Of a stretch of DNA of 64,000 nt, positions 52,333 through 64,000 are shown piece by piece. Position numbers and translations under genes: made by a program. The number at the start of each line of letters is the position of its first letter. The stretch's first letter is position 1. The DNA lies in the NCBI GenBank assembly GCA_032718475.1, contig JAUCBJ010001861.1, positions 62,001 through 126,000 on the forward strand, written 5' to 3'. Below the pieces are notes generated by a model that ran no database searches, was not told where the DNA came from, and was given only the letters and a program-made list of their open reading frames with translations. Source of the stretch: Nemertoderma westbladi. Lineage: Eukaryota; Animalia; Xenacoelomorpha.

Positions 52333-53748
52333 ACGTGGCTATATCAGTATATCTGTATATAGCAGTATAGTCAGATAGTGGCTATACATCTATAGGCCTA
52401 AATTGCTAATTGTTATAGACCTATCCAGATATAGTCAGTGATATATCCAGGCAGGCTACTTCCCTCCTGTAACGAACTTCTGATAAACAGGTAAAATGCT
52501 CTCCTATTATGTAGGGCTACTTAAGGCAACGTAATTTGTAATCATATGATTCGTTATCTTCGTCATCAGACTGCATGGCAACGGGGAGGCAGGCGTTGTA
52601 CATTTCGTAGTACTGTAAGTAACGTAGGTGATCAGCCATGGTAGTACAGTGTAGTACCTATTTCGATTGACAGACTTATGAGGCACTATTACAAACCCAC
52701 AATGTTATCAATCATTACACCTCCACAGTACGAACAAAGCCCCAATGGCAAACATTATAAAAAACAACCAGTAAAAATAGGCCAAGGGATGGTGCCATGG
52801 ATATTAACCAATAAGAGCTGAGTATTTCTTTAGGATTGAGGAATCACGCCACCAACCATATGATCGTACGATATTGCTTAGCTTGCCCACACACAAACCA
52901 CTTTACCACACAATCGTCCTAAATAAAGAAAGGAATATTAAGAAAACGTTGTGGGGTATCTTTGTGTTAACGTAACTAGCTGTGTATGGTTGAAACAAAG
53001 GCGTGCTGCTGCTGCATATAACCTAGTACAACAGAAGAATCCAAACGAAATCTAAAAAAACGTCCTGTCTTCAGCAAAGTCATGTTCACACTGCACACTC
53101 AACCAATTGTACACAGCGCCATCATGAGGTACTTATTACAAGTCAATAATTATTACTCATTCATCGACCATTTCATACACAGCAACTAAATTGAAAGTGG
53201 ATCATTTTAATTATGTAAATATTTAAATGTTCCCATATATTAAATGTATTTTACAATATTTTGCCTAGAATTCCGTATGATCCCCATTTTTGGTCACAGA
53301 GTACGTATGACCCCAATTCTATAAGCGTATAACGTCTAGTCTCGCAGTTAGTACCCTCCTGGTCCTATGTTTTAAGGCCATTCGCCTGCGCTGCCGGGGT
53401 TTATAGCCTGACCAGGTAGATGGTAATCGACCAATAATGGCTGCTACTCCACTGCGACCTGCTCCTGGCAGCAGGGGGTACAGGGCATATCCCAGCTGCA
53501 GTCAACCTTCGGCCTCGAAAAAATATGCTTTTACTATTCCTCGAGAATGAGAATTAAAAAGTCCGACAAAAAATGATACTTTCTTTTGTAAAATAAATAG
53601 TTATTCTTTTTGTAAAAGTTATTGTTTTCTTTAAAAGATCCACTTTTGAATTAGAAGTTTAACGTAACAAAGTTATAGCAAATTTGAGGTAAAATATACA
53701 GCATTGTCTAATTTAAAAATTATAGTTACTAATACAATACAACAACCA

Positions 53749-54937
53749 TTTTATTCTTAAATTGTTACTTTACTTTTTCACTCGAATATACCCCAAATCG
53801 AAAGAAAACGTTTCACTTTTTCCCTAGGGAAAAAAAGTAACCCATATGATTGCATTGAATTTACTTTTTTCCCGGCGAAAAAGTAAAATAAAATATTTTT
53901 GGTGGATTTTCTTAAATTTGAAATTAACTTACATGTTTTGAAAGAGCATCGACGTAGAAAAGGTTTGCAAGTAATTTGAGCAAAATTCATTAACACACTC
54001 AAAAGTTATTGCAACTTTAGTGTCTACAAAATATGATTATATTATTATAATATTATATTACTATATTATGGAGACTATGAAATTGCGATGATTACCTACA
54101 AGTGTCTGAATGGAACAGCACCAGTATATCTGCGAGATCTACTGTCACCCTACACGCCCTCCCGGGTCACTGAGGTCATCCCACTACGAACTGCTGGTGA
54201 TCCCTAGATTCAACATGGTGCACTACGGCAAGCGCGCTTTCTCAGTTGCTGCCCCGACTATTTGGAACAAACAGCCAATCAACGTTCGACAATCACCAAC
54301 CATCGCGGTTTTTAAGTCGAGGCTAAAAACACACTACTTCCACCTGGAGTACGAGTAAATCTGCATAATCATATTCACACGATGTTATCAATGTCCGTTT
54401 TTAATTAAACTGTTTTTATCTAATTTTTTAGCAATCCTACATTTTAACAGTGCCATGCGCCTTGCTCTTAATTTAGGAAAGGCGCTATATAAATCTTTTA
54501 ATTATTATTATTATTTATTATTACAAAGTGTACTCCAAAACGGAATTCAATATCCAATATTGGTTTATGTAGTTAAGCGGCTCTCTAGTTACGTAATAAA
54601 TATTCGAGAACAATAAATTATTTTAACATTGATTGAGTAAGGCAGCATCCGAAGTTGAAGAGTACAGTAATTCCAAAACTGTAGCAGTAACTACTGTATG
54701 GCTGCAATATAGTAAAATACTGTCGTTCATATTTTTTAACTCTATATCGCTCTATGTTTTACTAAAGAATTGAGCAACAAAAAAGTACATTACGTATTAC
54801 AGGGGAAAAAAAGTGTAGAAAATATTTTTTTCAATATTCTCTCGACCCATTCTTAACCTCGCTGGCGCTCTGTAAATAAAATGCCTCAAGAATAATGATA
54901 AAAGTTCTACTTTTTTCCCATGTAATAAATAATTATT
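53749..54937 (+). repeat. Dispersed ~0.9-kb repeat family, copy C, interrupted by an L2 insertion
   Basis: Matches copies A and B on both sides of the insertion. Confidence 0.85.
54031..54521 (+). mobile_element. 5'-truncated L2/CR1-group LINE
   Basis: Peptides ITYKCLNGTAPVYLRDLL and LRSS...LVIPR...YGKRAFSVAAPTIWN..P...FKSRLKTHYF. 3' end GGCGCTATATAAAT plus (TTA)n. TSD TACAAA (54025-30, 54522-27), with the empty site seen in copy B. Confidence 0.9.
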
Positions 54938-57900
54938 TACCACCCTCCCCCTAATTTTTGCAAATTTGCATCAAATGGTTCGAAATTTTAGATGAAGTTG
55001 ATGTAGTTCGACACCCTTTCTTTTTGCAATTTCCAATCCCAAATTATTTAGTTACAACGAGCCGTTAAAAATGTATATTTAGCAATATTGAAGCCAACAG
55101 TTTGTTGTTGGTTTTATTTTTCGTTTCTCTTTAGAACCGTCTTCGTCTGAAGATTCCGAATCTGAGAACCGTTTTCAATTTCACCAATAATTTCGGTAAT
55201 TATCAAAATGGTATACATTTTGACACATTTAGTATTCATGTATTAGTTATAAATTAATGTTCTAGAAGTCCATGTATAATTCTAATGTTTTTATTCAATT
55301 CTACAATATGAATTGAAGAAACAAGATGACGGAGGCCTATTTTAAGCGATCAGCTAAATAATAATAAATATTAATTATATTAATAATATATATATATAAT
55401 AATATATTACGTTATAAATTTATGTTACTCGAGCTGACGAAAATAAATTTAAGGTAACAGTTCCGTATATCACTACATTTTTATAACATAAATCATTGTT
55501 ACCATGACAAAATTGTAGACTTCTAAAACAAAATATTAATATTATACACTATTCTAGAACATAATTATAATAAAAAATATAATGATCTGAACATAGAGCT
55601 AGTTATTTTTCAAATCTAAAATTGCTAGTAATTAAACAAATTATTCAAAAAGTTTTTGGGGTGCTAAATGCACAAGTACAATTAAGGCAATTAATACAGG
55701 TACGGCGTTACGGAGAAAAATAAGGAAAATATAAAACGCCAGAGCTTTGTGTCAGGAGGGCATTAACTATGAAGATAAATTAACCGAAAAACTGACAGAA
55801 AACATGTGGAGGCAAAAGAAAAGAAAAGGAAAATTAAACGGTTTCAATGAGATATGAGGCCAACAAAAGCCAATACCCAATGGATAAATAAACTAATTAT
55901 AGTAGTTACTGTACATTAGTATACAAAAACTATAAAATATAATCAATATTAATTTAAATGTAAGATATACAATTTTTTTTGTTAATTTACTAGCTATTTT
56001 AAAATTTAAAAAAACTGGTTATATGTTCTAGAATATTCGATTTTTTATTTTATTTATGTTCTAGAATAGTATATAATAATTTTCTATTGTTCTAGAACAC
56101 GTCAGCGTTGTCCGTTACGGAGTCCGGAGCTAAAAAAAAAAAGGACGGAGAATCCGGAGCCCGGATCTCCGTACCATCCCTCTCAGTTATTACCTGTACT
56201 GCAAACGAATCTTATTGTTTATATGTTTTAACATCCATAAATTGTATAAATTATTGAGTAATTTAAACAGGAACTTAGGACTCTATAGTCTCAAATTGAG
56301 CGGAAAAAATTAATTCGCCACCAGCGGGGATCGAGCCCGTGTCTCTCGATAAGTGTGTGGACCATCCTATAGACTGTTTAAATTACTTAATAATTTATAC
56401 AATCTATGGATGTTAGAATATAATCAAAAAGATACGTTTGCACATGACCTACTAAATATAGTAGGATATATTAGTAGGTCATGGTTTGCAGTACAGGTCA
56501 TACCTGATACTGTATTAGGCTTGCAACTGTTTTACTGCAACCTTGGCATAGCCTACCGTTACGGGTGTTTCACCGTTGACAGTCGGTCGTTCGGTCTGTC
56601 TGTAGGTGGTCGGTCACTCTATCTGTCGACAAACGTGTGAAGGCTAATAATACTAACCAAATATTTAATGAAATTAAACCAAACTTCGTACACTTGTAGT
56701 CTGTCAAAAGTGTGAAATATAATTGCGTGGGCGGACTCAAGACGGTTAATTGCAAAATACAATCACCGTATTGCTGATGACTGCTACTTAAAATGCAATG
56801 TTGTCAATAGTTACAATTTATTTGTGTATATCATTAAACATTTTATCCAAGTAAATAAATACATAATATTAATATATTGATAAGTACTATATATCTGTTA
56901 ATTTTATATTCTTTAGATTTTATTCATCCAATGATCAAAAATGTTGATTAATCAACGAATTTTGGTGCATCAACGAAGTGGGCGTGGCACTTCAAATTTT
57001 GAAAATATGACATCCGGAAAAAACCACCATGTTTTAATTTCAGCTCATTTTTATAGGTTTTCTGGGTCGCTGATTCAAATGACATTACTCTAAAAACATG
57101 TCTACCTATTTTCAGCTCATTTTTGTGCAGAAAAATTAGGGCGTGGTACCTCAAATTTTGAAATATTCAAGATTCTGAAAAAATGAGTTACCGCCATGTA
57201 AAAGCTTTTGTGGGATATAACTGGCCCTTTTGCTTTGCAATCCAGTTTCCCCCCAGGCGCTGGAATACTCTAAAAAGCTCTCTAACTCGAATGATGCAAA
57301 GCGACCGGCTGATTGGCTGATTTGTTATACGAGGGGCTCTTTGCTATGTTCTATCGGCCAACCAGAGCTATAGCAGCAGAGTATGCAACCAGGACAACCG
57401 AGCGGAGTGACTCATTTTGTGTGTTGGCCAAGGGTTGCAAAATTCCTGATAGTTCGGCATTTAGATATTCGTGGAACTTGTGGAATCTGGTGTTCTGCCA
57501 ATGAGAGCTATTCCTCTCTGTGTAAAAGATACCTGCAACGGTGTTAGGGACAGTAGCAGTTTTTTCTTGATACTGTTTTGTTGTTTCTATCTAGGCCAGG
57601 AACACCGGCTCTAGAGTCAATTCGTTTCAGACTTTAGAAGAAACATTAGTAGGCTTAGATTATAGAGCGTATAACTGTTATCATAACAACTCGGCCCAAT
57701 TATCGGTCAACTCAATTGGACACAGTCCAGTCTTAACGGCACATATATTGTCATATCATATCTTAACCTACCGTCTTAATGCTTTTACTGTTGTTATTAT
57801 TTTGTATCAGTTGGTTGAATATTATTTGGAGAACATCTATAAAGAACCCAAATTTCCCAATTTTCTTGATACACTACAGGTTAGAGAGACGATTGCGACT

Positions 57901-58524
57901 TATATTATTGTGGTTTGTAGTGAATTTAATGCTATTTGATAAGCACTACATGAGTCAATTGCTGTTCTCTTTATATATGATAAAATTCATTGACAGTCGG
58001 CAGATTAGTGTGCAGCATTGTGTGTTACCGGTAGTGTGCATGATTGTGACTGATAACTAAGCATTTCCTAAAGAATGCGCCTCATACGTGAATCATAAGC
58101 CTTCCCGACTTACCGTTGTGTTTAGTATAAGTCATATCTCTGTTTACCTAGATAGAGCGCCACGTCCTAAAGGAACTGTTAATATTTCCCGAAAGTGAAT
58201 AATATTAGTCAGAAATTATTTATTAACGATCAATCGAATAATACAGTAAGCTTACACTGCAATAACAATCTAAGCCCTACGAATCCAGTCTCCCGGGTAT
58301 ATCCAGCGGGTGAATGGACGCGCACTAGGCTGGCTTCGGCTAATGTTGTGTTTATTGGTATTAAATATTTGTCATTTTCTAAAGTCTATTTATAAACCAA
58401 AAGACATATAAATTTTGGCAGGTTAAACTGCTAAAGGTCTTCAAAAGCGCGTACAATAACAGTTATTGTCTTTATTGCAGTAAGCAATAAAGTTAAAAGT
58501 ACCGGTCGACCGGTAAACCTGAAC

Positions 58525-58720
58525 CGGTACTGTAGTAGGTCCGTAGGCCCAACTGCCAGAATCGGTACTGCTGTAGGTCCGTAGGCCCAACTGCCAGAAT
58601 CGGTACTGCTGTAGGTCCGTAGGCCCAACTGCCAGAATCGGTACTGCTGTAGGTCCATAGGCCCAACTGCCAGAATCGGTACTGCTGTAGGTCTGTAGGC
58701 CCAACTGTCCTAACCGGTAC
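58525..58720. repeat. 38-bp tandem repeat (about 5 copies)
   Basis: Unit CGGTACTGCTGTAGGTCCGTAGGCCCAACTGCCAGAAT. Confidence 0.93.
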
Positions 58721-58899
58721 TTCCAGTATAAGTACATTAGTATTATTCGATTTTGATTATTGTATACCGGTAGGTCTTGATATTAAATCGGGGACGCCTG
58801 GTTTTTATTGGGATTTTACTTAGGTCTATTTCTGTCAGTTTTATTTCCTAGTAAGTTAATATTGAGCTGAAGACGTGTAAGTCTGCTCAGATTGTTCAG

Positions 58900-59470
58900 A
58901 TAACTGTAGGCCGGACTGTTGTCGGATTGTTGTTGGGTTTGGAGAGATTACGGCGTGTGTAGAGTTTGTCTGATAAAGTGCCAGTTAGTAAGTTGGGGCA
59001 GCCAGAGCTGTAAGGTCAATCCCCTCTTAAAGAATAAGTCGTACTACCGTGTTAGAACGCATACTAACTAACCATTTCGGAATCTGCACATACTGTAGTT
59101 TATTTAGGCTTGACAGTATTCTGCCAGCGTTTTGGCCTGTGTTTGTTTGTGTGGTCTGTTCAGGTACCGTAATAGTTATTACTCAGATATTTTGTAGGCT
59201 GGATTGTTGTCTAGCTATTATTAGGTCTGAAGAGATTGCTGCGTGTGTAGAGTTTGTCTGATAAAGTGCCAGTTAGTAAGTTGGGGCAGCCATAGCTGTA
59301 AGGTCAATCCCCTCTTAAAGAATAAGTCGTACTACCGTGTTAGAACGCATACTAACTAACCATTTTGGAATCTGCACATACTGTAGTTTATTTAGGCTTG
59401 GTGGTAGTCTGCCAGCGTTTGGTTTGTATTTTGTTTGAGTATTCTGTACGGGTAGCGTAATATTTATTAT
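58900..59470. repeat. 288-bp tandem direct repeat (2 copies)
   Basis: GCGTGTGTAGAGTTTGTCTGATAAAGTGCC... begins at 58953 and again at 59241. Confidence 0.9.
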
Positions 59471-60767
59471 TCAGAGTTTATGCGATTATTCGCAACATTC
59501 ATGTCCCCAAGTTTATTCCTACAGTAATTGTGCTTGTTACACATACCGTTATAGTTAAATTAACCCCGGTACTACACGGGCTGCTTGGCGTAGGAAAAGA
59601 CTGGTGATTTTGTGCACCGGTCACTCCAGCAGATGCCGTGGTTCTTTTAACTGTTCAAGTATATTTAACTGCTAGTTATTTGTTTTAATAAGTACTTGTA
59701 CCTAATTTAGGGTTTGGTGTACAGTGCTTTCCGAAAGTAATTAGTGTTTAGGCAGTGTATTGTGTTGTAAAGTGGTTAATAGGCACGTTGGATCTGGTAG
59801 TCCATGGTAATTAACTTCCAGGTAGGAACACTCCGTGATACATAACATAGTACCTATAGCGATACGGCTATAGGTCGTCAGGCGGTGGTATTTTTCCTAT
59901 CTGGACAGTGCAATATATTTACTACTACTTATTATTTTCAAATACCGTAGTACCCTGTCCGTTGTAATAACCAGAATTCTAACCCTTTGTTAGGCTGGTT
60001 TGTAGACTTCCTGTAAAATTACCCTAAAATTTCGTACGTAATATTTTTGTTGTGTTTAATTAGAGATTTAATCTCACCCGTATCGTAAGTAATTTGTAGT
60101 ATTAAGTAACTTAGGTAAATTAGAATTATCTGTTTTAGTGTCCCATAAGTAGCACTTCACTGAGAGCGCACAGCTTCTGTGTAGTGACTTCCCCCAGAAA
60201 TAATAACATTTATTTCAAATATTGACAAAACCCATTTTAAACGGGTATATAAATATTATAAATCAACTCAAACGATTTATAAATAGTAGGCCTGCCATAC
60301 AACAACTAGGTCTCAATATCAGTTGGACTACTACTTAAATAACGGTAATAAAGTAAGTTAAAGTAACCAAGTAACCCTAAAATATTCAGAAATTTAATTA
60401 TTCTAAAATAATTGACATACCGGTATTTACCATAGGCTTATTATATTTATTTCTATAAATTTAGGCTGAAATTATAGCGGTATTCTGTAATTAATTCTAG
60501 TCCAGAATTATACTTATATACTATAAGTGTAAGCTGCATACCGGTATTCACGATAGGCCTATTATATATTTATATATATTTGTGCTAAAATTATATACCG
60601 GTACTCTGTGACAAAACTAGTTTACAATACTTATATATATTATAAGTGTATACCGGTATTCTAATATACTGTAATAAATTAACGGTACTAGGTCAACGGT
60701 CATACTGAATTACTAGACTTGCTTTAACTGTAACTATAGCAGTAGGCATTCAACCGTATAGCTAAAC

Positions 60768-63700
60768 ATGTCTGACACCCAGCAAAACCTGTCAGACAGT
60801 CTAATCGATACAACCATCTGTGACACAGATAGGAGTGTGGAGCGATTAAGAAAGGAGTTCAGCTCACCTCCTACTGAAAGAAAGGTCATCCCTCCAGTAG
60901 TAGTATCAGACCCTAAGCTGATCCAACACCGTAGGTCTATCATCGGCACTCGGGCCCAAGTCAAACGGAACCAGGAAGCAGCTGTCCAACAGAAGCAACA
61001 TCCTAGTCAAGAAACTTGTTCCCAGCGATCTGATAGCTCCAGTAGTTCGGATACTGTAGAGCTGACCCCCGAACGCGGAGTGCAGACGGCGGCTACAGCC
61101 TACTCGGATCCCCTTCTCACCCTTCCTGCCGCAGTGCTAACTACAATATTGATTGCGGTGGAGGAACATCAAGCCGATTGGGCGAGAAGTAAGCGAGCGA
61201 CCCAAGATAGTTATGCGGGATACGCCAGGGAAGAATTGATGTCTATTGTCGAGTCACAATGGAACTTTCCCGGACCCGGACTCCCGTTAGATTTGTCCGA
61301 AGCTACTTGGGAAGATATACACAGGATGGGAGTGGCTAAAGATACGATGGATCCAGCTGTTTGGAAGAGGTCGGCAGCAGGATATGTGCAGGGATTCTTC
61401 GGCTCCTTAGAGCGATTGGAAGAACAATTGTTTCGACAACCCCAAGGACCTCAAGAGCAGGAAGAGCTGCTTTATCAAGTACGTGAAAGAACCCTACGCA
61501 TTAGACTAATCCTATCAGCCTTTGAGGAAACTTCCAAAAGAAGACAGGACACGTCGCTGCAGGTTGCTGTCAAGACTTGGTTCCAGCAGGTAGGTCTCAA
61601 AGTTCAAGAAACGGCCCAGTGGAAATCCCAGCTGGCTGAGAGACCAACCTATGAAGAACCAACCGATGCCACCCTTTCTCAAGTGGAAAGCGAAGAGACA
61701 GCAGCAGAGAAGCCGCCCTCGAGAGACGCCATAGACATCTATCTGTCAGACTATCAACGCTTCTTGGGTGATGAAGAGTTGAGGAGACGGCTGTCTGGAC
61801 TTTCCCCTAATAGTGAAGGAACCAAGCTTGTGTTGGACTCAATCGATGCGGAAATGTTAGCTGCAAACCAAGCTAAATTTGATGAAAAACTCCGCCTCGC
61901 TAGAGTCCAAGAAGAACAAGTAAAGAAAAGACGGATAGAGGAACAAAAGGCGGTGGACATGGCAGAAGCAGAAGTAGAAAGAAAGGCAGCGGCGGCAGAA
62001 GCAGAAGCAGAAAGAAAGGCAGCGGCAATAGCAATGGCAGAAGTAGAGGCGGAAAGAAAGGCGGCAAAGGCAGTGGCAGAAGCAGAACGGAGAGCGTCTG
62101 AGCAGACTACCCAACTGGAGTTGGAAAATCTGCAAGAGACGCAAGACAACATAAATAAACAGTTAACTGCTAGTCGAATGCAGATGATGAGACGATCTAC
62201 TCCAAAACGCCAGGGATACACATCATCGGAGGAAAGCGAAACCACCGATCCTGAAGGCGGCGGAAATAGATCTCGTCTAAGCAGGCGTAGAAAAACATCT
62301 CACCGCCACAAATTGCCTGATTTGCCCCTGGCGGTTAGAAGACAACTAACTAGCACAGACTTAGGTAGTACAGAACCCACAGAACAAATTATTCAGGTCA
62401 AAAGACTCCCTACAATAGTTGATGAGCCTGAAATAATTAGGCCTGTCGTTCCCAAAGCCACTCCTGTGCTGGAGACCCCTGTACTTCCAGAGCTTAACTC
62501 TAAATTCCCTTTACACAGTACTACACTGCCTGTACCCGGTAGAACGGTCCATGAGAATATCCCTGTCCTAGAAGCTGAGAGAGAAATCAAAGATTTGTCT
62601 CCCGTCGTCCCGCGTCGGCCCGCTACAATGTTGGCGACTCCCGCTTCGGCGGTTGAGTGGGTAGAGGAGGGACGGCGGGGGATGAATCTCCTGCTCGGAC
62701 AGATGCAGGAGACTGTCCACCAACTTAAGGGAACAGTAAGGGAAGGTAGGGCCGAATTGCAAGAAGTGCAGCAAAGTATCGCGCTAGAACGCGACAAATT
62801 AGTCAACATACAAAAGGGTATACCCATACCCCCTGTAACATTGTGTCAACCTGTTAGGTCTGAAGTATTACATGCGCAAGGTGTGGAGCCTACACGCATC
62901 TATACTGCTAGTGAAGTAGAAACTCCTATAGCAAACCCTATTAAGGGTGATTATAAACCTGTTGTTAATGATATTCCCTATAGACCTGATAATGATCCGA
63001 GAAATTTATATACCGATAATTCGATATTAAATAACACGATGGCCCAAGAAAGCTTTACGCGTCAGATGGCTAGAACAGAAGCCCGCCAAGCGGTCAAAGT
63101 GGGAGAGATCGTCAAATTCAATGGAGATGAGATGAAATGGTTACCTTTCAATGAATATTACAAATACAGCATACAGAACTCTGTACTATCTAACAGAGAG
63201 AAACTTAGGTTCCTCATCAAGTGCTTGGAAGGACCTCCCAAGTTAATGGCGTTAAAGTTCATTGGACATCCAGAAGGATTAAGACAAGTTTGGGATACAT
63301 TAAACATCAGGTATGGTAACAAGGATAACATAGCTAAGTATTTGTATGCAAAATTAGTAGCCCCCCGAAACTTCCTTAGTAGCGGGATTATAGAGTTTTC
63401 CGATGAGATTCAGGAGATCTGTAGACAATTGGACTGGTTAGGTAAGTCTCATGAATATCAGAGTTCCATGGTTATTGGAGCAGTAGTCTCTACTTTACCA
63501 AAGGGTGGAGTATGTACACGCTGGGACAAGAAAGTGTTGTATATGAATGAGCAGCAACGACGAAGCCCTACCATGGCTGATCTCATGTCCTTCTTAGATG
63601 GTGAAGTAAAACTACAACTCATCAAGCAGTCCAGAGAAAAAACATCGGAAAATAAGGTAAGTGAGAAACCCGTTTCTAGGAGAAGAGTCACACCGGTGTG

Positions 63701-64000
63701 TTACACTGACGACGGCGAAAGCCAAGCTTCTCAAGAAGAGGACAGCGGGAAAGACACTGACAAATTTTACTACGTTAACAAAACCCCAAAAGACGTAAGT
63801 AAATACAAGACTCGAACCAACGATAGGAGAGAACAGGTTGCCAAGACCCCTCCTCAGTCTCCTAACAGAATGCACGGAAGAAAGCCCGAAGAAAGAACGA
63901 GAGTGCATCAGGTTACCCAAGGTAAAGTGAGTAACATAAAACCTAACTGTGCGCTGTGCGACGGGACCCACCGTTTGAGTGCGTGTGCTGAATTTCTAAA
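60768..64000 (+). CDS. BEL/Pao gag(-pol) polyprotein, N-terminal >1075 aa, open at the window end
   Basis: ATG at 60768 (MSDTQQNLS...). The same frame gives EIVKFNGDEMKWLPFNEYY...LSNREKLRFLIKCLEG...WDTLNIRYG (DUF1759-like capsid region, about 63105) and the zinc knuckle CALCDGTHRLSAC (about 63948). It is absent from the ORF track, consistent with no stop codon inside the window. Confidence 0.88.
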   Translation, partial: MSDTQQNLSDSLIDTTICDTDRSVERLRKEFSSPPTERKVIPPVVVSDPKLIQHRRSIIGTRAQVKRNQEAAVQQKQHPSQETCSQRSDSSSSSDTVELTPERGVQTAATAYSDPLLTLPAAVLTTILIAVEEHQADWARSKRATQDSYAGYAREELMSIVESQWNFPGPGLPLDLSEATWEDIHRMGVAKDTMDPAVWKRSAAGYVQGFFGSLERLEEQLFRQPQGPQEQEELLYQVRERTLRIRLILSAFEETSKRRQDTSLQVAVKTWFQQVGLKVQETAQWKSQLAERPTYEEPTDATLSQVESEETAAEKPPSRDAIDIYLSDYQRFLGDEELRRRLSGLSPNSEGTKLVLDSIDAEMLAANQAKFDEKLRLARVQEEQVKKRRIEEQKAVDMAEAEVERKAAAAEAEAERKAAAIAMAEVEAERKAAKAVAEAERRASEQTTQLELENLQETQDNINKQLTASRMQMMRRSTPKRQGYTSSEESETTDPEGGGNRSRLSRRRKTSHRHKLPDLPLAVRRQLTSTDLGSTEPTEQIIQVKRLPTIVDEPEIIRPVVPKATPVLETPVLPELNSKFPLHSTTLPVPGRTVHENIPVLEAEREIKDLSPVVPRRPATMLATPASAVEWVEEGRRGMNLLLGQMQETVHQLKGTVREGRAELQEVQQSIALERDKLVNIQKGIPIPPVTLCQPVRSEVLHAQGVEPTRIYTASEVETPIANPIKGDYKPVVNDIPYRPDNDPRNLYTDNSILNNTMAQESFTRQMARTEARQAVKVGEIVKFNGDEMKWLPFNEYYKYSIQNSVLSNREKLRFLIKCLEGPPKLMALKFIGHPEGLRQVWDTLNIRYGNKDNIAKYLYAKLVAPRNFLSSGIIEFSDEIQEICRQLDWLGKSHEYQSSMVIGAVVSTLPKGGVCTRWDKKVLYMNEQQRRSPTMADLMSFLDGEVKLQLIKQSREKTSENKVSEKPVSRRRVTPVCYTDDGESQASQEEDSGKDTDKFYYVNKTPKDVSKYKTRTNDRREQVAKTPPQSPNRMHGRKPEERTRVHQVTQGKVSNIKPNCALCDGTHRLSACAEFL

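Larger units (their letters stand above)
57197..64000 (+). mobile_element. BEL/Pao LTR retrotransposon, 5' portion (left boundary tentative)
   Basis: The gag ORF has BEL/Pao features and a long upstream leader with internal repeats. A TG at 57197 coincides with the break in the preceding repeat. The LTR end and PBS were not identified. Confidence 0.7.

Overview
AT-rich, repeat-dense eukaryotic (metazoan-like) genomic DNA, not prokaryotic. It holds four complete conserved genes whose CDSs are each one uninterrupted ORF: farnesyltransferase beta (FNTB, +), a cytosolic heat-inducible HSP70 with TATA box and HSEs (-), the dynein docking factor ARMC4/ODAD2 with RFX X-boxes (-), and INSIG (-). The first coding exon of a spliced gene lies at 7.75-7.85 kb (-). 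There are three large satellites (40/45, 36 and 50 bp units), an 84-bp minisatellite inside a 1.5-kb tandem duplication, several MITEs with 8-bp TSDs, RTE and L2 LINE fragments, and the 5' part of a BEL/Pao LTR retrotransposon whose gag ORF runs off the window. The most unusual observations are (i) a bipartite fixed-spacer motif, CGTTTATTGTTTTGGTT-N14-CTGTAACCTGCTCCTTT, shared by three MITEs with unrelated ends and amplified as a minisatellite, (ii) intron-free CDSs for normally multi-exon genes, and (iii) TA-flanked short insertions that look like DNA-transposon excision footprints. All calls were made by eye; no database search was run.
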